A stretch of 64,000 bases of DNA from Deltaproteobacteria bacterium (GTDB lineage: Bacteria > Desulfobacterota > BSN033 > UBA1163), in contig JAGXTA010000071.1 of the NCBI GenBank assembly GCA_018333535.1, positions 99,100-163,099 of the forward strand, written 5' to 3'. The notes under the pieces were generated by a model that was given only the letters and a program-made list of their open reading frames with translations, did not search any database and was not told where the DNA came from. A program made the translations under genes and the position numbers. This document shows positions 46,393 through 55,798 of the stretch, piece after piece. Each line of letters opens with the position of its first letter. The first letter of the stretch is position 1.

Positions 46393-48735
46393 TCATTTCT
46401 TATTATTGACCTCCCTCCACGAAATCGGAAGAATCGTTGAATGCCCCTTCAGGTGCGTCGAATAGAGCCCTCCCGGAAACCCTGTGTAGGCAACAGGTCT
46501 TTTGCCCAGGGCAGAGATAACCGTGCCTGACGGAATCCCGGTCCCAATGATCTTTGAACGGTCTGAGAGGTCAATCTTTGGCCCTCCTTGATCATTTTCA
46601 GGGTTGAGATTGAAGATTGGGTTTCCGACTTTATAATTCAGGGCATAAATCCGGGCGATTCCGTCACTCTCCTGAGAAGGGGTATAAGTGGAGAAATAGA
46701 CCACTCCAAAGACAACAACCGGAGGAGCCAGGACCTTCTCCCCTTCCTTTAGACTGATAAACCAGCCCTCTTTGTTGGCAAGGGTCTGGACGGTGGCAAA
46801 ATCCTTTGTTACATCCGCAAGATTACCTTCCGATAAGGGTGAGCCGTTTCCCTTATCCATAAAGGCATAAAATTTGTCGATTCCAATCTTCACATTGGGA
46901 TGTTCCCGGTCCCCTGTTCCAAACAGGACTATTTCCCCGCCTTTTTCGAGCGTCACATCCGGCTTACTAAAAATTTTCTGCTTGCCACTACCGGTAAAAC
47001 CAAGGTTTGAATTGAAGACAACCCTTCCTGACCAACCATTCGGATCAGCCCCCTTTAAATCGAACCTCCAGAGCTTTCCTCCCATATCTCCGACATAAAG
47101 ACGGTCAATGTAACCATCGCCGTTAACATCCACGCAGGAGATCGTGCTTGGGATGGAGTGTTTCATGCCTGGATCTCTTTTAGAATCCCACCGCCAGATC
47201 TGCTGGCCGGTTAATAAATCGACCACATAAACCGCCCTTCCCTTCTTATCTTCAGCGGCCGGGGTTTTTCTGTCCTGATTCTCGTCATATCCGCCGCCAA
47301 TGATGCAGACCGCCTTTCCCCCTTTTCCATCTTTGATACGACCGAACTGGGGTTCTGACCAGGTCTGTCCTATTTCCGAAAACCCGGTGGTTTCTGGGCC
47401 GATCTTCCAGAGAAACTTCGGACTTTCAGGCTTGGTCACATCAAGGGCATAATAATTGTTTCCCCCTCTTCTTAATCCGAAAACAATGATCTTCTGTGAA
47501 TTGGTGATATAAGCCTTTGGTGAGCCATCCACGAAATATTTAAGGCCATTTCCCTGAGGCAATTCTTTTAAACGGACAAGTAACTCAGAGGGAATAAAAC
47601 CCCAGAGCTCCTCTCCTGTGGCGTCATCAAAGGCACGGAGCATCCCGTCGTTTGCTCCCACAAAGATGACCTTCTTCGAATTCCCATAAGGAATCACCAA
47701 CGGCCTTGAATTGACAATGGGGCCGAGGATCCATTTCCGTTTTTGAAGGGAGGTCTTCTCCTTGTCTTTGGCATAAGAGTCATATCCCTGAACATATTGA
47801 ATCAGTTTATCTTTTGCGGCCTTGTCCTCGGATGAAAGCCCTAACATCTCCGGCGTAATCTTCTCGTTTGAGGTAGAAAATTCGTGTAATTCGGTCGTTA
47901 AATTCGTGCTATTCGTGGCTTCAATATTTGTCAATATTTTCCTAGGCTTATCCCTCTTAAGAAGGACTTCCCCTACCCCCCCCTTATCCACGTTTTTCCC
48001 ATCGGCAGAAGAGCTCCAGGCGCTCTTAGAAGACTCCTTTATCTGATTGTTCGTGTCAAGAACAGGCGTCTTAGATGAATCCACAACCTGAACAACTGTC
48101 GACCCATTCGTGTTATTCGTTAATTCATACTTTTTGACGTTGCCAATCGCCTCGCCATCTGAACTGATTTCTGAGACGGCAACATACACCTGCCCTCCTG
48201 TATTAATCGGCGGTGAAGGCGTTGAGGTCGTTGCCGGTTCCGGGGCTGACGCAGGAGTTGGACTCGCATTCGAAGTGGGTTCGGTGGGTGAAGAAAAAGT
48301 TGACCCAGGCCTCGGCTCCGAACCTGTAAAAACTGTGGGGGGCGCGGGATCCGGCATTGACTCTGGAATAGGCGAAGGAACAATGGTGGGTGGAACTAAT
48401 GAAATTGGAGGAGAGGGTTCAATGGCAACCCCGTTTACTTCTATGGAATAATTACTTTCATTAAAATACAAATCATATGCTGTAACAGCTATATAATAAG
48501 TTTTTCCTTCCGTTAGACCCTTTAAAGGAAAAGCATTCACGTTTCCCACATCGACTGAAGCGGTATATTGCTTTGAACTCGTCCCAAAATATACTTTATA
48601 CCCGGCCAGATCGGGCTCTTTATTTGGATCCCATGCCAATCTTAGCTGGGCAGCCAATGCAGAAGGGGGAAAAAGAAGCGTAATGATAGCACAAATAATT
48701 GCAAGGGTTAGATATCGTAATCCATGGTATTGCAT
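46393..48735 (-). CDS. PilY1-like beta-propeller protein with N-terminal Fn3 domain and Pro/Ser/Thr linker
   Basis: LAWD..DLAGYKVY..VTAYD Fn3; VGANDGML..FD..GEELWGFIP, GQTWS.P, DVNGDGYIDRLY.GD PilY1 motifs; ATG at 48735 with GGAGG. Confidence 0.82.
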   Translation of the reverse strand: MQYHGLRYLTLAIICAIITLLFPPSALAAQLRLAWDPNKEPDLAGYKVYFGTSSKQYTASVDVGNVNAFPLKGLTEGKTYYIAVTAYDLYFNESNYSIEVNGVAIEPSPPISLVPPTIVPSPIPESMPDPAPPTVFTGSEPRPGSTFSSPTEPTSNASPTPASAPEPATTSTPSPPINTGGQVYVAVSEISSDGEAIGNVKKYELTNNTNGSTVVQVVDSSKTPVLDTNNQIKESSKSAWSSSADGKNVDKGGVGEVLLKRDKPRKILTNIEATNSTNLTTELHEFSTSNEKITPEMLGLSSEDKAAKDKLIQYVQGYDSYAKDKEKTSLQKRKWILGPIVNSRPLVIPYGNSKKVIFVGANDGMLRAFDDATGEELWGFIPSELLVRLKELPQGNGLKYFVDGSPKAYITNSQKIIVFGLRRGGNNYYALDVTKPESPKFLWKIGPETTGFSEIGQTWSEPQFGRIKDGKGGKAVCIIGGGYDENQDRKTPAAEDKKGRAVYVVDLLTGQQIWRWDSKRDPGMKHSIPSTISCVDVNGDGYIDRLYVGDMGGKLWRFDLKGADPNGWSGRVVFNSNLGFTGSGKQKIFSKPDVTLEKGGEIVLFGTGDREHPNVKIGIDKFYAFMDKGNGSPLSEGNLADVTKDFATVQTLANKEGWFISLKEGEKVLAPPVVVFGVVYFSTYTPSQESDGIARIYALNYKVGNPIFNLNPENDQGGPKIDLSDRSKIIGTGIPSGTVISALGKRPVAYTGFPGGLYSTHLKGHSTILPISWREVNNKK

Positions 48736-49029
48736 AAGTGAAATCCTCCGAAAAAAGTGATAATGATATCTAATAAGCAAGAAATATACCATTAATAAAA
48801 ACAAATTCTTCACGCTTTATGAGGTAATAGAATAAATTGAGTGGTGTTGATTAACAAATTGAAATTACAGCATATTCTCGGTTTTTTCCTAAGAAATATT
48901 TGGGTATCAGTTTTGACAAGAATAACAAATTTGCAGCTATATTGAACTTTTCAGAATTAAAAATTTCCATGCAAGGACATTTTGTCATTTTTTTTCTTCC
49001 AGCAGGCTCTCTTGAAGGCACAGCGGGAG

Positions 49030-49160
49030 TTCTCACGGGTGGCGGGAAGGGGTTGGGGTATTCGGAGGCGAAGATGGCGCGGTAGCTTGGGGTGATCGGT
49101 TCTTATGGGACAAGGATTGTGGCCGAGCGGCAACTGTCGGAAGGGGTGAGATAAAGGTAT
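49030..49160 (+). pseudogene. Degenerate 3' remnant of a possible Y1/RAYT-type transposase
   Basis: GLGYSEAKMAR*LGVIGSYGTRIVAERQLSE HTH-like segment; homologous to 52945-52993. Confidence 0.4.
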
Positions 49161-49281
49161 AAAAAATATCTGATCAATCGGTTTGGAACAACGATACCTG
49201 TAAAAAAACGGAAATCTTTACAAAATCATTTGAATAAATACTTTCATATTATCAAATGGTTAGAAATATAATTGATCAACT

Positions 49282-49388
49282 TGTCAAGATTTCTTACAAA
49301 TCTCAATGTGTTCTGAAAATTAACAAAAGAAAAAACCCTAACGAAACAATAACTTCCTTTCCTTTCTTAAATCGGCATGAAAATTGTA
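49282..49388 (+). promoter_or_regulatory. TGT-N11-ACA enhancer-like site plus sigma-54-like promoter
   Basis: TGTCAAGATTTCTTACA at 49282; CGGCATGAAAATTGTA at 49373. Confidence 0.55.
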
Positions 49389-49432
49389 GATAATATATAT
49401 GATTTTGAGGTGATGATCCTGTTGAGGCGAGT

Positions 49433-49618
49433 ATGTTGGTTTATGAATTTTACTGGCGCGGTGACATTGGGGATACCCATCTGGTTGGAATATTACCTGA
49501 GAGAAGAAAAGAACCCACCCGAATTACCGACGAATCGATTATTAATTGGGTGAAAAAGGTTATTGGGGATGAAATAAGAGCCAATGACATCTTCTTCTGC
49601 AAGGTAAACATAGAATAG
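49433..49618 (+). CDS. Small protein with GILPERRK motif (paralog of 35150-35374)
   Basis: YEFY...HLVGILPERRKEPTRITDESIINWVKK. Confidence 0.75.
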   Translation: MLVYEFYWRGDIGDTHLVGILPERRKEPTRITDESIINWVKKVIGDEIRANDIFFCKVNIE

Positions 49619-49689
49619 TTTTAGAAAAAGAAAAAACCCACAGGCTCAATTGACTGATGGGTTTTTTTTGAACCCCTTGAGTTTAGATC

Positions 49690-49749
49690 CTAGATCTTTC
49701 GCATACGCCGAGAAGCTATCCCAACCGCAACTATCCCTATCCCTAACAA
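49690..49749 (-). pseudogene. Orphan PEP-CTERM-like tail remnant
   Basis: LLGIGIVAVGIASRRMRKI*, followed by a terminator at 49631-49669; cut at a junction motif. Confidence 0.5.
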
Positions 49750-49774
49750 TATACCTAATTACCGTTGCCTGGCA

Positions 49775-50252
49775 GTATGCCGTGTAGAACATATGACTTG
49801 TCGGTTGAAGTCCGGCCGTGGGAATTCGGCAGTTCGCCCACGTAGCCGGAGGGAGGTGTAAGGGGTAACCTGAAGCACTAAGTTCCCTGACAAAGGCTCA
49901 GGAAGTGAGCCGAGCAAACCTGCGGGTTGCAGCGAAAGCGAACCTATATGTAGCCTCGTGAACGGAAACGGAGCTGCCGATCCTATTGTCAGGAGGAGAA
50001 GGCCGAAGCGGAATGCACATCAGGCAACGGAAGCATACGAAGAAAAGCAGAGAGCCCAAAATTTATCCCTACAGATATCTTTATGACAATCTTAAATTAT
50101 ACAAGATACCGACGACTGCTCCGTGGACTCAGACTGCGAAAGCTTCTGGAAGAAGATGATCGGAAAGCCGTATGCGGGAAAATCGCACGTACGGTTTGAT
50201 GAGGGGGAGCTGGAGATAGAGCCCTCGCTACTACGCCAGCTCTCTACTCTAC
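49775..50252 (+). mobile_element. Group II intron with internally deleted RT/maturase ORF
   Basis: 5' GTATG; maturase C-terminal remnant LYKIPTTAPWTQTAKASGRR*; domain V AAGCCGTATGCGGGAAAATCGCACGTACGGTTT; domain VI ending CTCTAC. Confidence 0.85.
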
Positions 50253-50353
50253 CCATTTGCACTTTTAAAAAGTAAAAAGAATTTGATAATAAGGAAAGAA
50301 TTTTTAAGGCAGTGCCTTTCATTCATAACTCAAAACTTATAATTCAACATTCA

Positions 50354-50611
50354 CTATGGAGTCTTCAGTATATCAAGAGTCCCGATTCTTCTTAAAAGAT
50401 ATGTTTCACCGGATATCTGGAATGTAAACCGATAGTCTTTTGTAACCCTCCCTTCCCAAATGTTTGGATGTCCTTTAATCTTTTTTATTCGTAAGGATGG
50501 ATGACGGGGATTTTCCATAAGAAGGACAAATTGCTTGTCAGCTCGTTCCTTAATCGCTTCAGGTAGAGTCTTATAATCTCCGTCAAAAGGCCTGGTCGTC
50601 TGAATTGTCAT
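50354..50611 (-). CDS. RelE/ParE-superfamily toxin
   Basis: NPRHPSLRIKKI...WEGRV..DYRFTF..LRRIG. Confidence 0.8.
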   Translation of the reverse strand: MTIQTTRPFDGDYKTLPEAIKERADKQFVLLMENPRHPSLRIKKIKGHPNIWEGRVTKDYRFTFQISGETYLLRRIGTLDILKTP

Positions 50612-50889
50612 CGTTTTTTTCTGAGATGCTGAACCAATTCATTGGCGCTTTTAAAGGGCCCTGATACTTCTCCTTTTACGATCGCTTCATCAGTTTCTTT
50701 CTCTTTTTCTTGCCATTCTTTAGTCCAAAACCAAGCTCGATCTTTGGAAATCAGTTTTTGGGGAATAAGGAGAAGTCCTTCTTCTGCCACATCTACCTCT
50801 AATAAATCACCGACCTCTAAACGAAGCTTCTCAAAAGCTTCTTTAGGAATGGTAATTTGATGTTTTTGGATAATCCTGGTGATCTGCAT
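50608..50889 (-). CDS. AbrB/MazE-type antitoxin
   Basis: QITIPK..LEVGD; AWFWTKEWQ..E. Confidence 0.82.
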   Translation of the reverse strand: MQITRIIQKHQITIPKEAFEKLRLEVGDLLEVDVAEEGLLLIPQKLISKDRAWFWTKEWQEKEKETDEAIVKGEVSGPFKSANELVQHLRKKR

Positions 50890-51215
50890 TTCTTCCTCCG
50901 CTTTTTCCCTTTGCTGTAAAGAATTCTACCATCTTTAACGATTTTTTCAAGTTTCCTTTAATTCGTTTGGAGCAAGGCACCTAATCCCCATTAAAAAAAT
51001 CAGCCATTCAGCCAATGGGGGCGTATTCCGACACAAACACTTCCCTGTATCCTCTGCAGGAGCATCTGCTTCTCCTGTCTTCCTGGCTTCCTCATAGTCA
51101 AATATCAATAAATCAAGCTTGACCTCAATTCCTTTACATCTTATGGATGACCCCTAAACTTCTTTCGTAAACCCTGTTAGAAATTCCAGCGGGGCATTAT
51201 TTCTAACGGGGTAAA

Positions 51216-51252
51216 TAAAAAAGGCAGATGAGAAATTATCCCACCTGCCTTC
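51216..51252 (-). terminator. Terminator shared with 60405-60444
   Basis: AAGGCAG...CTGCCTT hairpin with A run on the + strand. Confidence 0.7.
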
Positions 51253-51277
51253 TTAATTTTAGATAGTTTTATGGAGC

Positions 51278-52042
51278 TTACTTTTTCATCCTCTTCCTAA
51301 CAAAGTACCCAAGGCCGATGAGGCCTGAGCCGAGAAGGAGAAGGGTGCTGGGTTCAGGCACAGATACAGAACCTGAATCATAAATAGCATATAACCCATG
51401 ACCATTGAATGATATGAGCACTTCTGAACGAGGGTCACTGAGAAGAATATCAAGTGCATTATTTCCATTATTTTGGTATAAGTGGTCTACTCCTGCGAAT
51501 ATTGGATGAGAGCTGCTTATTTCAATATTTCCCTGAACACCGTTATAGAAAGAACCAAACCCCAAACCGAAATAGTTTAAGAAGGTATTCCATCGCGCAG
51601 CTTCGTCTACCGGTCCGCCCCATCCTGTACCACCTGCAAGATATACATTACCGCCAGCGTTTACATAGTTAATAAGCACAGTGTTATCTGCAGAATCTCC
51701 GGCAATAAAAACACCGTCATAAGTTAAAAGTGTCGCCAGATTGAATGTGATCCCCATTGTCACATTCCAAGTATGACCAGCAGTTGTCATTGTAGATGCC
51801 AAGTGAGATCCTGTTAGACCGAAATTTGATGAGTAAGCAAGGAAATTACCAGGGGAGCCTCCGGTGAACCATTTAGCGACATTATTAACATAGGTTGCGG
51901 GGTCGTTAATTGGATTAACAGTAAATCCATAGTTGGTCAACTGCCATTCATCATTCGCAAGCACTATCTTTCCAGCCTGCGCACCAGAAGTCGACAACAG
52001 ACAGATAAACAACGCAGTAAAACAAGCTAATATCGTCTTCAT
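51278..52042 (-). CDS. PEP-CTERM sorted surface protein
   Basis: Signal peptide; C-terminal VPEPSTLLLLGSGLIGLGYFVRKRMKK; ATG at 52042 with AGGAGG. Confidence 0.9.
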   Translation of the reverse strand: MKTILACFTALFICLLSTSGAQAGKIVLANDEWQLTNYGFTVNPINDPATYVNNVAKWFTGGSPGNFLAYSSNFGLTGSHLASTMTTAGHTWNVTMGITFNLATLLTYDGVFIAGDSADNTVLINYVNAGGNVYLAGGTGWGGPVDEAARWNTFLNYFGLGFGSFYNGVQGNIEISSSHPIFAGVDHLYQNNGNNALDILLSDPRSEVLISFNGHGLYAIYDSGSVSVPEPSTLLLLGSGLIGLGYFVRKRMKK

Positions 52043-52078
52043 AATTTCCTCCTTTCTATTGTAATTGCTTTTAATTTT

Positions 52079-52315
52079 AGCATGAATCATACCAAAACCA
52101 AATTAACCCGGTAATTGTTTGCAACCTATTAATTTATTTAAATAATTAAATAAAAACACAAAGAATATTCAAGGTCCACCCAAGCCCCATTTTTTAAAGA
52201 ATTGTAAAATAATTTTACAAAATCAATTCCATTCATCCCAATTGTACTAAATATAAATTAATTCAATATGTTATAACAAAATCAATCCGAATTAAAAATG
52301 TAAGCGTTTACGACA
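52079..52315 (-). promoter_or_regulatory. Sigma-54 promoter with two TGT-N11-ACA upstream sites
   Basis: TGGTATGATTCATGCT (52079-52094); sites at 52203-52219 and 52299-52315. Confidence 0.65.
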
Positions 52316-52320
52316 TAAAT

Positions 52321-52907
52321 TTACACTTCTTTCTTGATGATTTTTAGTCTTTCCATCATTTCGTATAATGTCGGCCTGCTGATCCCCAGTTCCTCGGCCG
52401 CTTTAGAGATATTTCCCCTGCTTCTTGAAATAGCCCTTTGAATCAGGTCTCTTTCAAGTTCTTCCCGGGCCTCCCTCAAACCCTTGCCCTCATATTTTTC
52501 AAACGGTGAGGCAAGATCGAGGTCCTCTGGAGTTATCTGGGTTCCCTCAGCCATGATGACAGCCCGCTTGACCCGGTTTTCAAGCTCACGGATGTTTCGG
52601 GCCAGTTATATGTTTCGATCGCACGAACGGCCTGTGGTGTAAACCCGGAGATTCTCTTCTTGTTTTCCGATGAAAACCTCTGCAACAATGCCGTAGCCAG
52701 GAGCAAAATGTCCCCTTCCCTCTCCCGGAGAGGGGGCACCGAGATCACGACCACGCCAAGCCGGTAATATAAATCCTCTCTAAAACTGCCCTTCTTCATC
52801 CCCTCCTGCAGATCACGGTTCGAGGCGGCAATGACACGGACATCGACAGATATCTCCTCCCTGCCTCCGATTCTTTCGATCTTCTGTTCTTGAAGAAAAC
52901 GGAGCAA
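52321..52907 (-). pseudogene. 5'-truncated, frameshifted PrsR-like sigma-54 activator
   Basis: LRFLQEQKIERIGGREEI, FREDLYYRL; WP(G)N broken by a 1-nt loss near 52600; HTH ISRPTLY. Confidence 0.8.
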
Positions 52908-53017
52908 TATACCTAATTACCGTTGCCTGGCGCCATTTTCGTTTCGAGCGGCATCTGTCGGAAGAGGTTAGATTAAGATATCAAGATGGCTAGGCACGTT
53001 CCGCACGAACGTCTCCC
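52905..53017 (+). mobile_element. Junction motif plus transposase-like 3' remnant
   Basis: CAATATACCTAATTACCGTTGCCTGGC (also at 49747), then ERHLSEEVRLRYQDG* and GCACGTTCCGCACGAACGTCTCCC. Confidence 0.45.
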
Positions 53018-53095
53018 ATTTCTGAAATTTAAATGGTATTGACATTTGCCATTTGGCATTTTATTATGGCAATAATAAAAGAGGAGGTTTTTGCT

Positions 53096-53359
53096 ATGGA
53101 AACAACAATAGATAAATTTGGCAGAGTTGTAATACCGAAAGAAATTCGTGATCATCTTGGTTTGAAATCTGGAGAAGTTTTACAAATTGAGAGATTAGAG
53201 GATGAGGTTATGTTAAAACCCTTAAGAGAAGAATCCCCTTTACATATTAAAGAAGGCGTGCTGGTATTCTCAGGCGCTGCAACTGGTAATATGAAAGAGG
53301 CTGTCCGTCTCCATCGAGAGGAACAACTTAGAAAAATAGCTCTACCAAGTAAAAAATGA
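53096..53359 (+). CDS. AbrB/MazE-type antitoxin
   Basis: METTIDKFGRVVIPKEIRD; GAGGAGG RBS. Confidence 0.85.
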   Translation: METTIDKFGRVVIPKEIRDHLGLKSGEVLQIERLEDEVMLKPLREESPLHIKEGVLVFSGAATGNMKEAVRLHREEQLRKIALPSKK

Positions 53360-53790
53360 AAATACTATTTGATACTTCTGTTATTATCGCTGCGATTATT
53401 GAACCACACCCTATGCATTCTCGTGCTTTCCCATGGCTCAAGCGTGCCAAGTCCAAAGAATTTGATAGCCTTGTTGCGAGCCATACATTAGCTGAACTTT
53501 ATGCTGTTTTAACAACATTACCCATAAGTCCTAAAATTACACCCGGAATGGCTCGTCAGCTTATCTACAATAACATTGAGACTATCTCAAAGATTGTATC
53601 CCTTTCTTCTTCAGATTATATCTCCGTGATTCAACAGATAGCTGATCTGGGGCTATCAGGAGGCGTTATTTATGATGCTCTTATTGCGAAGGTAGCTCAG
53701 AAATCCAAGGTTGATCGCCTTTTAACTTTCAATATAGAAGACTTTAAACGTATATGGCCTGAAGGGGTAAAGCATATTTATTTACCTTAA
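53356..53790 (+). CDS. VapC/PIN toxin
   Basis: FDTSV, E.Y, YDALI, TFN..DF. Confidence 0.87.
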   Translation: MKILFDTSVIIAAIIEPHPMHSRAFPWLKRAKSKEFDSLVASHTLAELYAVLTTLPISPKITPGMARQLIYNNIETISKIVSLSSSDYISVIQQIADLGLSGGVIYDALIAKVAQKSKVDRLLTFNIEDFKRIWPEGVKHIYLP

Positions 53791-54045
53791 TGCCTGGAAA
53801 ATCTTTTTAAATCCCTCCCCTCCCCACCGTCCTGTAATTTGAGAAACTCATGGGAATATACATGGCTTGACATAATTGCATGAATGCAACCCCCATATCA
53901 TACTGTGCTTTTAATGGGTGACCCCAATTCCGAAACAGGAAATAGTGACGCATTACCTTTAAAAAAACTTTTTGCTTGACATACTTCATTCATAAAGTTA
54001 TACTCTTTTCTAAAAGTTAAGTATTAGTTAAAAAGGATAAACAAA

Positions 54046-54300
54046 ATGGCTGTTGTTAAAATGCATCCCAAGGGACAAATTGTCATTCCCAAAGAAATTC
54101 GTACCAAATTGGGCGGGGTAAAACCTGGAAAGGCTTTGTCTATCACCTTCGTGAAAGACCATGCAGTAATTAGGCCCTTACCGGACGACCCCATAGAATT
54201 TTTAACGGGGTTTTTCGAAGGCCGCCCTGTTTCCCTTTCAGAGGAACTGCTAAAAGAAAGAAAGCAGGACAACATAATCGATGAAAATAATTCTCTTTGA
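54046..54300 (+). CDS. AbrB/MazE-type antitoxin
   Basis: KGQIVIPKEIR. Confidence 0.85.
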   Translation: MAVVKMHPKGQIVIPKEIRTKLGGVKPGKALSITFVKDHAVIRPLPDDPIEFLTGFFEGRPVSLSEELLKERKQDNIIDENNSL

Positions 54301-54682
54301 TGCCCATGCCATCCTGAGATGGACCCAAAAGGAGAGAGGCTATCAAAAAGTGAAAAACCTTCTTATAGCTTGTCGTGATCAATCCGCGACGGGTTATATG
54401 AATCAAATCAATCTGGGGGAGGTTTATTACAAAACAATTCGTGCCGTAGGTATCGATAGGGCTAAAGAATTCTTAGAAAATTTCTTCCGTCTTCCCGTCC
54501 AGATCATCTTGCCTGACAGCGAACTGATCTGGAGCGCTTCCGAAATCAAGGCATCGTACTCGATTTCCTATGCCGATTGTTTTGCGGCTGCAACAGCCCT
54601 CCGATTGAAAGCAACCATCCTTACCGGTGATCCGGAGTTTAAGAAACTCGTCTCTCTCGTCCCCATAGAATGGCTTTCATAG
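54281..54682 (+). CDS. VapC/PIN toxin
   Basis: FDAHA, NLGEVYY, SYADCFA, TGDPEF. Confidence 0.87.
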   Translation: MKIILFDAHAILRWTQKERGYQKVKNLLIACRDQSATGYMNQINLGEVYYKTIRAVGIDRAKEFLENFFRLPVQIILPDSELIWSASEIKASYSISYADCFAAATALRLKATILTGDPEFKKLVSLVPIEWLS

Positions 54683-55139
54683 GGTTAAGGGACTAAACCC
54701 GTAACATCTTTCCTCGTCCTTCCAACATTCTGATATTCCATTTATTCCGTTACAGAAGGGGGGGCGGGTGAGAAGGAAAGTTGACCCAAAAATTGAGTCA
54801 GCGGGAGCATCTGCTTCTCCTGGCTTCCTCATAGTCAAATATCAATAAGTCAAGCCTAAGGTCCTTTCTAAAAGACGTTGGGCAACAGGAATTGTAATGT
54901 CTGTTGGCCCTGGCCATCTTTAAATCCTTAATCAGAGCAATTTAGCCCAAAATCGTCACTCTAAGACCAAAATCAGCCACTTCTTTTCAGAATAAACTCA
55001 TGAGTTCAATCACTTGACTTGGTCCGACCTCAATCGTTTTATCCACTACACTCCACCGGTTTTACCCGGTGCTTTCAATACGTCCTCAAGTCTTCGTCCC
55101 CTACTTAGCCTGGTCCGACCCCACCGCCTACAATTTCCC

Positions 55140-55514
55140 TTATACCGCAATCTCCAGGGTAATCTTCGCATAATCGACATGCGGCGTAATCCTTTTTCTG
55201 TCCTTCTTTGTTGTTTCCAGGGTGACCAAACCAATTTCGGCAAGCAACTTTAGGTCCTCGTTGACATTTTTCAAATTCCTTCCAAGCATCTTTGACAGCT
55301 CATAAACAGATTTAGGCTTATTCTCTCGAATGGCCCTTAGAATCGCAAGCCGATTATTCGTGAGAACCGACCTCATGTCATCAATGGATTCAAAATAGAT
55401 TCCCTCCTCTTTCCTCACCTTCTTCCCGGATTCCACGCTCTTCCAAGTGTCAGCAAAGTCCCTAAGGCTATCCTTCAACCTCTTTATGCCAATATCGATT
55501 CTCTTTACTTTCAT
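55140..55514 (-). CDS. HTH antitoxin-like regulator
   Basis: LTNNRLAIL...SVYELSKMLGRNLKNV..DL..L..IGLV. Confidence 0.78.
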   Translation of the reverse strand: MKVKRIDIGIKRLKDSLRDFADTWKSVESGKKVRKEEGIYFESIDDMRSVLTNNRLAILRAIRENKPKSVYELSKMLGRNLKNVNEDLKLLAEIGLVTLETTKKDRKRITPHVDYAKITLEIAV

Positions 55515-55798
55515 ATCTCCCCTCTCCGGACCTTCTCAACATCTCTGTAGAAATCCCTGATTAGCACATCCACCCCTCTGAAAAAATAAGGGTCTTCCTG
55601 ATTCCCATGATGTCGGTGGTGTCCCTTTTTTTCGGCATTATCGTACCCAATGATTCTTTTCCCTCCCTTAACATAGACCAGGGAATACCTGACCCCCTCC
55701 GGCCTGTCTTTAGATACCGGAACTTTCCACATTTTCATTTCGATGATATCCCCGTTCGGCTCAACATTCTTTCGATGAAAAATTAACTTCGCTTTCAT
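55511..55798 (-). CDS. DUF6516/TumE-like putative toxin
   Basis: P.GVRYSL...GYDNA..KGHHRH; overlaps the HTH gene. Confidence 0.7.
   Translation of the reverse strand: MKAKLIFHRKNVEPNGDIIEMKMWKVPVSKDRPEGVRYSLVYVKGGKRIIGYDNAEKKGHHRHHGNQEDPYFFRGVDVLIRDFYRDVEKVRRGEI

Noticed and set aside
49775..50252. Autonomous retroelement, retron or DGR
   Set aside because: No RT domain remains, only the last maturase codons; no template/variable repeat pair was seen.
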